From positions 3,415 to 67,414 of the forward strand of contig JAIOQZ010000038.1 of assembly GCA_021108395.1 (NCBI GenBank): 64,000 nucleotides of DNA, in the 5' to 3' direction. Shown one piece after another: positions 56,129 to 64,000 of the stretch. Made by a program: the position numbers and the translations under genes. The notes under the pieces are model-generated. The model made no database searches, was not told where the DNA came from, and was given only the letters and a program-made list of their open reading frames with translations. The stretch's first letter is position 1. The number at the start of each line of letters is the position of its first letter. Origin of the DNA: Candidatus Cloacimonadota bacterium. GTDB taxonomy: Bacteria > Cloacimonadota > Cloacimonadia > Cloacimonadales > JAIOQZ01.

Positions 56129-57409
56129 ATGAAAAAGAGAACCGTTGCGATATGCACGATTATGGCGCTGCTCAGTGTTTCGGCTGTATTTGCCCAGACC
56201 GAAACAATCCCCGAGGCGCGTGCCGGCCACAGCATGGTAGAAATTGGCGGGATAATATATTTGTTTGGGGGTGAAAGCGGCACAAGCAGGGAAATCTTGA
56301 GTGATTTATGGCAGTATACTGAAGGTAATTCTAATTGGGAAGAAAGAACCCCTGCCAATCCTCCTCCTGCCAGAAAAGGGCATGCAGCTACCACATGGCA
56401 TGACACAATGTATGCCTGTGGCGGTTATACCGATACCGGTGTCGTAATGGACGTTTGGAAATATGATGCTGCGACAAATGAATGGACGGAATTACCGCTG
56501 GGCGGAGCGAACGCACCGGCGCCAAGAGAATATCATTCCGCAACAGTAATTGGCGATGACATGTATATCTGTGGAGGCTTGGATGCGGATGGCATGGCAT
56601 TAGGAGATTTATGGCGCCACTCGTTCTCGACAGGTCTGTGGGAAGTGAGAGAGGACTACCTCGGAGCCTGTTCCGGACATGCTTCGTTTGAATATGAAGG
56701 GTTTTTGTATATCTTCGGTGGATATGATTCTCAATATTCCAGTTTTCGCAACGACATCTGGTTTTATGATCCCTTAGCTGACGATTGGGATTATGTGGAT
56801 GCCGGCGGAACTTTGCCGAGTGGACGGGCTTTCTTTGCCGCGGCACGAGATTCGATGGGAAATCTTCTCATTTTCGGCGGACGGAATGAAACCAGAACCA
56901 CCGCTATGTCAGACAATTACAGGTTTGATGCAACCACCTCAACATGGACTCAACTGGCTGACGGCCCCGCCATCTCTGACGCCGCCGCCGTCTATATTAA
57001 CGAGACAAGCGTCTATCTGTTCGGTGGACTGGGCGAATTCGGCGATGCCAACAACACCCTTTGGAAATACGATCCATCCAATGATACGTGGGAAGAAATT
57101 GTTGGCGTAGATGATACTGAAATAATTGAACCTTCGGGGTTTTCGCTTTTTGCGTATCCCAATCCGTTCAATCCGACAACAACGATCAGCTTTGATTTAC
57201 CCGCAGGGAACGTGGGAGACGCAGAGATAGCTATCTTCAATGTGAAAGGGCAGATAATCAGGGAATATCCAGTAGCGAAGAGCCAGTCTTCCATTGTCTG
57301 GGACGGAACGGATTATTCGGGTAGGGCTGTTTCATCAGGGATTTACTTCTACCAATTGAGCGTAAATGGCGCTTCGGTTTCCACAAACAAGTGTTTGCTG
57401 TTGAAATAA
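56129..57409 (+). CDS. Secreted Kelch-repeat protein with FlgD-Ig/T9SS-type CTD (paralog 3)
   Basis: Start at MKKRTVAICTIMALLSVSAVFAQ after AGAGAGG. Kelch units include ARAGHSMVEIGGIIYLFGG, ARKGHAATTWHDTMYACGG and PREYHSATVIGDDMYICGG. CTD YPNPFNPTTTISFDLPAGNVGDAEIAIFNVKGQ...CLLLK. Confidence 0.85.
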   Translation: MKKRTVAICTIMALLSVSAVFAQTETIPEARAGHSMVEIGGIIYLFGGESGTSREILSDLWQYTEGNSNWEERTPANPPPARKGHAATTWHDTMYACGGYTDTGVVMDVWKYDAATNEWTELPLGGANAPAPREYHSATVIGDDMYICGGLDADGMALGDLWRHSFSTGLWEVREDYLGACSGHASFEYEGFLYIFGGYDSQYSSFRNDIWFYDPLADDWDYVDAGGTLPSGRAFFAAARDSMGNLLIFGGRNETRTTAMSDNYRFDATTSTWTQLADGPAISDAAAVYINETSVYLFGGLGEFGDANNTLWKYDPSNDTWEEIVGVDDTEIIEPSGFSLFAYPNPFNPTTTISFDLPAGNVGDAEIAIFNVKGQIIREYPVAKSQSSIVWDGTDYSGRAVSSGIYFYQLSVNGASVSTNKCLLLK

Positions 57410-57694
57410 GACGCGAAAATTGAGTTGAGGGGCTTGGCTGATTGGGCGGCCTGTTTCTGCATTCATCGAGCGACATACCACAGATGTCGTTGCCAGAACA
57501 GATGAACAGATGCGCCTTATTTGCCTTGCCCCTGACGCCATTTCGTCTTTGAGAGTCGAGAACGTCGGTTGAAGTTTGTCAGAAGTCTGGCCACTCACAG
57601 CGGTTACAATTATTATGAAAATATTCCTTGTCAAAGCGCCCATGAGTTACACACTTGTAAAATTGATAATAACAATAATCACAAGGAGTCAATA

Positions 57695-60600
57695 ATGCAA
57701 ACTATCAGTAAGTATGTGGGGCTAACTATTCTTCTCGCGCTCTGCACAGGGCTGTCGGCTTTCAGCGGCCACATAACCAGCAATACCGTCTGGAGCGAAG
57801 ATATCATCATCACCGGCGACGTCTGGATTGACGCGGGTGTCACGCTCACCATCGATGCAGGCGTAACCGTCAGTTTCACGCGGGTTGACATGAACAGCGA
57901 CGGCATCGGCGACACCGATTTTTTCGTGGATGGCAGACTGCTGTCACAGGGCGCCGCCCTCGATCCTGTCGTTTTCACCTCGAACGAAGACACCCAGCAG
58001 CCCGGCGACTGGGCAGGCTTTGACTTTCGCAATACCGCCGCCGTGCACTCGAACCTTACCAACACCGAGATATACTACGGTTTCGTTAGCGTTGACATCA
58101 ACGCCAAATACATCGACTTCACCGGCTGCGTCGTCGCCTATTCCCAGAGCCTCGGCGTACGCATCCTCGACTCCCACGACGGCCTGGTGACGGTCAACGG
58201 GCTGGTTATTTTCGAGAACGGCAACGACGGCCTGACCATCAACTCGAACGGCCTGCTCAGTGCCACCGGCCTCGTAAGCAGTTCCAACGCGGGCATCGGC
58301 ATCGCCTGCAACAGCAGCGACGACATCATCATCGGAGACAGCCGTTCGGTGTCCAATGCCGAACAGGGCGTTTTCATCGATGGCGGATCGCCGCAGTTCA
58401 CCAATACCGACATCTCGCACAACGGCGAGGACGGCGTTTACGTCGAGGGCGCGGCCGCCCCGACCTTCAGCTACTGCACCATCAGCAACAACGGCGACTT
58501 CGGCTGCCAGTGGGGCGAAACTTCCACCGGCGAGATAACCTATTCTGAGATAATAAACAACGATCGCGCCGGCTTCTGGGTATTCGGCGGCTCACTGCCG
58601 GTGGTCAACTACTGTAACATCTATGGCAACGCCACTGATACCAGCAGCTACATCTTCACCGAGAACATCCCGTCGAACGAGCTATATGTGTCTTACAGTG
58701 GTACATCGAGCAATTATACCATCATGCGGCCGGTGAACATGATCAGCCAGATATATGTGAGCGGCTACGGTGACCACAACTCCAGCTATGACGACTACGC
58801 TTTCTATGTCTATACATCAAGCGGTTCCAACATCTACAGCAACATCCGTAACAACACGAGTTCCGACACCAACTTCGCGCTCTGGCATACGGTCAACAGC
58901 AGCAGCAGCAACCATGCGCTGTATGTTAATCTCAATACATACAGCGTGACTGGCGCCTGGGGCCGCGTCAGCAAGATTCGCTACGACCTGAGCGACCTGC
59001 AGTACCAGTTCGCCACGGTCAACCCCTCCGGCGTCATCGACGCGATGTACAACTGGTGGGGCCAGGTGAACGGCGTGGATGGCCTTGTGTATCAAGGCAC
59101 GCCCAGTACCGTGAGCTACGAGGGCTTGCAGGTGGCGCCCGTGGCCACGGCCGGCGCAACCCTTCCCAACGACGGGCCCATCTTTTCTGTCGAGACGCCG
59201 GCAGACATGGTCATCGACCCGGCAGACTTCACCATCGAATGGTACGACGTTGACGTGGAGGACGATGCCCTCATCGACCTCTACTACGACACTACGCAGG
59301 ACACCGCCGGTACGCTCATCGTCAGCGGTATCTCCGAGGACGAAGCCACCGACGCCTACCTGTGGACTCTTGTTGATGTACCTCACGACATCTACTACAT
59401 CTACGGCGTCATCGACGACGGCGTGAACGCTCCTGTCGTTTCCTATGCGCCAGGGAGGGTGCAGGTTGGCCCGCTCAGCGCCGGAGTGCCTCTGGACGCC
59501 CATGGCGAGGCGGACGAGTCGATTCAGATACCTATCGAGATAGTCAATAGCTGGGACTATTATGGCATCATCAGTTTCCAGTTCACGCTCACCTTCAACC
59601 ATACATTGCTCACCGCCACCGGCGTCACCACAGCCGGTACGCTCTCGGAGACGTGGACGGTGAACCACAACAACGGCTCGCCCGGCCAGATTCAGGTGAA
59701 CGGCTACACCACCACTGCCCTCGAAACAGACGGCGTACTGGTCTATATCGACTTTGATGTGGCTCCTGGCATTGCCGACTATGAGAACTGCGCCCTCTCC
59801 TTCAGCGAGTGGATATTCAACGACGGCGCGGCTACGGTGGTGCAGAACAATGGCCTCTTCACCGTGCTCAACCGCTATGTCATCAGTGGCACGGTCGATT
59901 ATTACTCCAACGCTGTGGCCGTGAATGGCGCCGATCTCCTGCTTGAAGGCGTCGAAAGCGATTCCGTTGACACCGGCGTGAGCGGCGACTACGCCTTCAC
60001 TGCCCATCTGGCAGGCAACTACGACCTTACTCCGGTATGCGATAACGCCATCCCCGACCTCACCGTCACTCCGTACGACGCCTCGCTGACAGCCCGTAAC
60101 GCGCTGGGTCTGATAACATTCGACGCTAACGAGGAAACCGCCGCCGACGTGAACGACGACGGTACGCCCACCGTGTACGATGCCGCCCTCATAGCGCAGT
60201 ATTCGGTCGGACTCATCACCGAGTTCGATGCCGGCGCCTGGGCTTTCGATCCTGAGAGCCATAGCTTCGAACTGGTCGGTGGCAACACCACCAAGGACTT
60301 CGCAGCCATCGTCATCGGCGACCCCTCGGGCAACTACCCCGGCGGGGCAGAGCGCCAGATTCCCGACATCTGGGCCGTGCCTGTCACTCAGCGCGACGCG
60401 GAATTCGTCGGCCTTGTCATCCACTATGACGACGCATTCTACTCGTTCCTGGCGGCGCTGGACTACAACACAGACGCTGTCGAGTTCCTCGAAGCGCGCC
60501 TGAGCGAAGACCTCGACGACTTCCAGCTTGCCGTGCACGACGACGAAGGCTCGCTTCGCGCCGGCGCATTCGGCGCCGAAGCCGCCCTGACAACGGACGG

Positions 60601-61000
60601 CGCGGTTACGCTTGTGTTCAGGGTGCTCGACGAGGAACTGCTCGGCACCGCCTTCGACGTGAGCTTCATCACCTTCGATGAGGAGTTCGGCGGTTACATC
60701 GAAACCACCGACGCCGACGGCGAAGACGTAACGCCGCTGCACACCGGCCTGGCGCAGAACTTCCCCAACCCGTTCAATCCGACGACAACAATCGTTTTCA
60801 GCCTGGCCGCCCCACAGCGCGTGAGCATTGAAGTATTTAACATTCGCGGGCAGCATGTGGCCACGCTTGTCGATGAGCGTCGAGAGGCCGGCGAGCATCG
60901 CCTCACCTGGAACGCCGACGGGCATGCATCGGGAATCTACTTCTGCCGCCTGAAAGCGGGTGACACGGTTGACGTCAAGAAGATGATCCTGATCAAGTAG
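57695..61000 (+). CDS. Large secreted beta-helix protein with cohesin-like and dockerin-like modules and FlgD-Ig/T9SS-type CTD
   Basis: Start at MQTISKYVGLTILLALCTGLSA after AAGGAG. It has parallel beta-helix repeats, the cohesin-like IQIPIEIVNSWDYYGIISFQFTLTFNHTLLTATGV, the dockerin-like AADVNDDGTPTVYDAALIAQYSVGLI, and the CTD FPNPFNPTTTIVFSL...VFNIRGQHV...GIYFCRL...MILIK. Confidence 0.85.
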   Translation: MQTISKYVGLTILLALCTGLSAFSGHITSNTVWSEDIIITGDVWIDAGVTLTIDAGVTVSFTRVDMNSDGIGDTDFFVDGRLLSQGAALDPVVFTSNEDTQQPGDWAGFDFRNTAAVHSNLTNTEIYYGFVSVDINAKYIDFTGCVVAYSQSLGVRILDSHDGLVTVNGLVIFENGNDGLTINSNGLLSATGLVSSSNAGIGIACNSSDDIIIGDSRSVSNAEQGVFIDGGSPQFTNTDISHNGEDGVYVEGAAAPTFSYCTISNNGDFGCQWGETSTGEITYSEIINNDRAGFWVFGGSLPVVNYCNIYGNATDTSSYIFTENIPSNELYVSYSGTSSNYTIMRPVNMISQIYVSGYGDHNSSYDDYAFYVYTSSGSNIYSNIRNNTSSDTNFALWHTVNSSSSNHALYVNLNTYSVTGAWGRVSKIRYDLSDLQYQFATVNPSGVIDAMYNWWGQVNGVDGLVYQGTPSTVSYEGLQVAPVATAGATLPNDGPIFSVETPADMVIDPADFTIEWYDVDVEDDALIDLYYDTTQDTAGTLIVSGISEDEATDAYLWTLVDVPHDIYYIYGVIDDGVNAPVVSYAPGRVQVGPLSAGVPLDAHGEADESIQIPIEIVNSWDYYGIISFQFTLTFNHTLLTATGVTTAGTLSETWTVNHNNGSPGQIQVNGYTTTALETDGVLVYIDFDVAPGIADYENCALSFSEWIFNDGAATVVQNNGLFTVLNRYVISGTVDYYSNAVAVNGADLLLEGVESDSVDTGVSGDYAFTAHLAGNYDLTPVCDNAIPDLTVTPYDASLTARNALGLITFDANEETAADVNDDGTPTVYDAALIAQYSVGLITEFDAGAWAFDPESHSFELVGGNTTKDFAAIVIGDPSGNYPGGAERQIPDIWAVPVTQRDAEFVGLVIHYDDAFYSFLAALDYNTDAVEFLEARLSEDLDDFQLAVHDDEGSLRAGAFGAEAALTTDGAVTLVFRVLDEELLGTAFDVSFITFDEEFGGYIETTDADGEDVTPLHTGLAQNFPNPFNPTTTIVFSLAAPQRVSIEVFNIRGQHVATLVDERREAGEHRLTWNADGHASGIYFCRLKAGDTVDVKKMILIK

Positions 61001-61009
61001 GTGAGCATC

Positions 61010-64000
61010 ATGCGTATGTTCAACAATATCCTGCGCTTGTGGCGCAGGCACAGACCAGGACGCCGACTGCCGTTGCTGGCGGCGTTGACGGCAATGACTG
61101 CGCTGGGCGCTATAGACGTGGCCCTGCCCGACACCACCGCCATGCCCGGTGCGGCGCTCAACGTGTCCGCATCCACCACCGATACCGGCGGACTGGAGAT
61201 ATACTCGGTCTATTGCGCGGTGGAAGTGGACACGACAGTGGCCACGATTACCGACATCAGCGTAATCGGCTGCATCACCGAAAGCTGGGGCGACCCGACC
61301 TACAACATCGTCAACCCCGGGCGCATCATCGTTTCGCTGTGGGGCAGCACGGTGCTGTCCGGCGCTGGAACGTTGTTCCATCTCGACCTGCAAACAGCGG
61401 GCGAAGAGGGCGACAGCTCCCCGCTGATGTTCGATTTCTTCTGGTTCAACGAGGGCGACCCCGCCGCCAACGTGACCGATGGGCTGTTCTATGTGGGGCC
61501 GCCCAACCCCTGGTTCGATGCAGTGGCCGACCAATATGCCGCCGAGTTCGACACGCTACAGTTCGTGGTGACAGCCCATGACCCGCTGTTGCATGACCTC
61601 GATCTGAGCGCCACGCAGCTCCCGCCGGGGGCCACCTTCATCGACAACGACGACGGCGCCGGCAACTTTAGCTGGATAACCGACCACACTTCGGATGGCG
61701 ACTACACGGCGAGCTTCGTGGCGCAGAACGCCGAGGGCTGGACCGACACGCTGTGGGTGAACATCCACATCGATAACACGCCGCAGGCGCCGGTGGTGGC
61801 CAATCCGATGGCCGACATCGTGATGGACATGAACACCAGCCACATCACACAGCCGATGACGCAGGTGTTCGATGACATCGACAGCCAGCCGACCTACACG
61901 ATAAGCGGCAACGACCACATCCAGGCGGTGCTGAACGCCGATACAACCTGGACGCTTACGCCATTACAAGACTGGTACGGCGTCGAGACGCTCTACTTCA
62001 CCGCCACCGACGAAGCGGACTTGTCCGCCACCGACATTGTGCAGGTGCAGGTGACGGGGCTGCTGGTCATCGACGAGGACTTCGACCACGCCGGCGCGGC
62101 TCCTGCCGGATGGACAGTTATCCATGACGGCAACACGCCGGAGCCTTGGGCCATCGTGCACGACAGCGGCGACGATTATTGCTATCGCGTCAACAACCCG
62201 CTGTTGTACACCCCCGTCGAGAAGCTGCGCTCGCCCGCCTACGACTTCAGCGGCTATGAGGACGTGCACGTCAGCTTCTGGCACGACTTCGACACCGTGA
62301 ACGATTTCTACATCACTTTCCAATATTCATATACCGGATTCGTCTGGAGCACCATCGCCAGTTACAACACATCGACCAGCGGGATCGTTTCCTACGACAT
62401 CTCCGCTATCGCCGATGGCCAATCGAGCTTGCGGTTCCAGTGGTCGTTCGTGGCTGCGGCAGTGGGCGAGGTGGCCTCGTGGAACATCGACGACCTGGCC
62501 TTTACCGGACTGGTGAGCGACAACGACCCGCCGCCGATCATCGGCGATCTCGCGGTGAGCGACTACGACGCCACCAGCGTCACCCTCGCCTGGACACCCG
62601 TCAGCGACCCGCATTTCGACGCCTATGAGGTCTATGTCAGCACCGACGAGACCGTCACCACCGGCGACATGCTGTGGAGTACGGCCAACGACCCCCTGCT
62701 ACAGGACGAGACGACCGCCGGCACTATCGTCACCGACCTCGTCTTCGACCAGCGTTACTGGTTCGCCGTGCGCGGCGTGGACACCTTTGGCAACGAGGCC
62801 GATCTCTCGAACGTGGTTGACGTTGTGCTGGCGTTTCCGCCGACATGGAGCCAGCCCTGGCCCGCAGACCCGCAATGGACAGCCTCCCGCACCATCGAAG
62901 TGGGCGGACTGGTGACCGATGACGCTATAGTTGACGCCGCCACGCTACAGATTCGCGTGGATGCCGACGGCAGCGGCGTCTATGAACCCGGCGAGACCTG
63001 GGCAGCCATCGGCGGCTATAGCGACAGCGGCAACATCGAGGTGCGCACTATGGCCACATGGAACGTGGATGATGACGGCCTGCGCTTCGAGCTGCGCGTC
63101 CAGGACACCATGCAAAGCGGCTGGGCCTACAGCGGCACGGACGGACAGGAAGGCATCGCCGATGACTGGTTCGTGCGCATCGATACCGCGCCGCCCAGCG
63201 TGGTGAGTGACCTTGCGGTCACCGCCTCGACTGGCGCGAGCGTGAGCCTCGCCTGGTCGCCGGTGACTGAGCCGCACTTCGGTCGCTACGAAATTTACTA
63301 CGCAACGCATGAGATGGTGACAATCGGTGACTGTCTGTGGACAGACACCGACGATCCGGCGCTGGCGCTCATCGCCACTGGCGCCACAATCGTCACCGGC
63401 CTCGACCCCGATTCGCTCTACTGGTTCGCCATGCGCGCTGTGGACGGGCCGGGCAACCCCGCCGCTCTGTCCAACGAAGCGCCAGGTGTGCCTCACAGCG
63501 ATGTGCCCACCAGTGCCAACCCCTGGCCTCAGAGCCAACCCACGCCCTCATGGAGCCCCAGCGACACCGTTATGGTTGGCTGCACCTTCACCGATTATTT
63601 CGGCATCGACAGCACAACAGTGCAGGTTCGCTGGGACGCCAACGGCAACGGAACCTATGACGCGGGCGAGAGTTGGCAGGATGTGTATGAATCGGCGAGG
63701 CGGTCACGGCTTCGCGATGACCGCTCGGAACTGGTTGTGCGCACAGAAGTGATTTATACCGTCGAGGGCGGGAACCTGGCCTTCGAGCTGCGCGCCTGGG
63801 ATATTCACGGCTATGGCCCGGCTTACAGTGGAACGGACAGCCAGGAGGGCATCGCCGATGACTGGGTGGTGCGCATCGATACTACGCCGCCCGATCCCAT
63901 CGGCGCGGCTGTGTCCGGCGTCATCACCGGCGACAGCGTCGAGCTGCTGTGGCTGGTCAGCGCCGACCTCAACTTCGCCGGGTACGAGGTCTATTACGAC
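61010..64000 (+). CDS. Large secreted protein (3' end outside window): N-terminal cohesin-like domain, jelly-roll-like domain, then a module of about 220-230 aa (FN3-like plus beta domain) repeated three times
   Basis: I translated the frame by hand, and it is open from ATG 61010 to the window end. It is not in the ORF track because there is no stop. N-terminus MRMFNNILRLWRRHRPGRRLPLLAALTAMTALGA. The repeated motif is GTD.QEGIADDW.VRIDT.PP. Confidence 0.8.
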   Translation, partial: MRMFNNILRLWRRHRPGRRLPLLAALTAMTALGAIDVALPDTTAMPGAALNVSASTTDTGGLEIYSVYCAVEVDTTVATITDISVIGCITESWGDPTYNIVNPGRIIVSLWGSTVLSGAGTLFHLDLQTAGEEGDSSPLMFDFFWFNEGDPAANVTDGLFYVGPPNPWFDAVADQYAAEFDTLQFVVTAHDPLLHDLDLSATQLPPGATFIDNDDGAGNFSWITDHTSDGDYTASFVAQNAEGWTDTLWVNIHIDNTPQAPVVANPMADIVMDMNTSHITQPMTQVFDDIDSQPTYTISGNDHIQAVLNADTTWTLTPLQDWYGVETLYFTATDEADLSATDIVQVQVTGLLVIDEDFDHAGAAPAGWTVIHDGNTPEPWAIVHDSGDDYCYRVNNPLLYTPVEKLRSPAYDFSGYEDVHVSFWHDFDTVNDFYITFQYSYTGFVWSTIASYNTSTSGIVSYDISAIADGQSSLRFQWSFVAAAVGEVASWNIDDLAFTGLVSDNDPPPIIGDLAVSDYDATSVTLAWTPVSDPHFDAYEVYVSTDETVTTGDMLWSTANDPLLQDETTAGTIVTDLVFDQRYWFAVRGVDTFGNEADLSNVVDVVLAFPPTWSQPWPADPQWTASRTIEVGGLVTDDAIVDAATLQIRVDADGSGVYEPGETWAAIGGYSDSGNIEVRTMATWNVDDDGLRFELRVQDTMQSGWAYSGTDGQEGIADDWFVRIDTAPPSVVSDLAVTASTGASVSLAWSPVTEPHFGRYEIYYATHEMVTIGDCLWTDTDDPALALIATGATIVTGLDPDSLYWFAMRAVDGPGNPAALSNEAPGVPHSDVPTSANPWPQSQPTPSWSPSDTVMVGCTFTDYFGIDSTTVQVRWDANGNGTYDAGESWQDVYESARRSRLRDDRSELVVRTEVIYTVEGGNLAFELRAWDIHGYGPAYSGTDSQEGIADDWVVRIDTTPPDPIGAAVSGVITGDSVELLWLVSADLNFAGYEVYYD

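Noticed and set aside
58817-61534. 905-aa minus-strand ORF, one of the longest in the track
   Set aside because: It is antisense to two plus-strand genes that have signal peptides, recognisable domains and CTDs, and it runs straight across their 10-nt intergenic gap. Its translation is a V/G/A/R/H/D-rich shadow, typical of the reverse frame of GC-rich genes.

Overview
This is a 64-kb fragment that looks like a metagenome-type contig from a flagellated, uncultivated bacterium. Seven secreted proteins end in a PNPFNPTT...(L/M)L(L/I)K C-terminal domain, which I recall as the FlgD-Ig/T9SS-type sorting domain common in FCB-type candidate phyla; the taxon cannot be fixed from sequence alone. Gene order: (1) 1-8.7 kb is a late flagellar regulatory cluster (flhA 3' part, flhF, flhG, fliA, an HDOD protein, then several uncharacterised cluster genes). 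(2) 8.7-10.8 kb is a tight AT-rich single-gene island encoding a fused ABC-type ATPase and Toprim-like nuclease (OLD/PARIS-like). (3) nrdD-nrdG, the anaerobic ribonucleotide reductase and its activase. (4) A 948-aa secreted CTD protein. (5) Two giant multi-PAS hybrid histidine kinases, divergently arranged, plus a dual-receiver regulator with a Cys4 tail. (6) A small SAM methyltransferase. (7) 28.6-31.25 kb is a very AT-rich two-gene island: a 717-aa AAA+/STAND-like P-loop NTPase plus a 94-aa protein that resembles trypco2-type conflict-system partners. This is my best candidate for an undescribed defence system. (8) MacB-like ABC transporter genes, a YihY-family protein, purH, tRNA-Ser and a TPR protein. 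(9) 38,608-46,092 is a 7.5-kb candidate cargo transposon. It has imperfect terminal inverted repeats, a 5-bp target duplication, an IS3-type transposase that lacks orfA, two beta-helix CTD passenger genes, a 77-bp x3 structured tandem repeat and a hairpin-dense leader. It ends 93 bp upstream of tRNA-Arg. (10) A Cache-PAS-CBS-DUF294 sensor, and a sodium:solute symporter with an unusual DUF4212-like partner. (11) Three tandem CTD paralogs with near-identical CTD DNA but unrelated propeller domains. (12) Two large cohesin/dockerin-like beta-helix surface proteins, the last running off the window. Many long ORFs in the six-frame track are antisense shadows of GC-rich genes and were rejected. All functional calls rest on motif recognition by eye; no database search was run.
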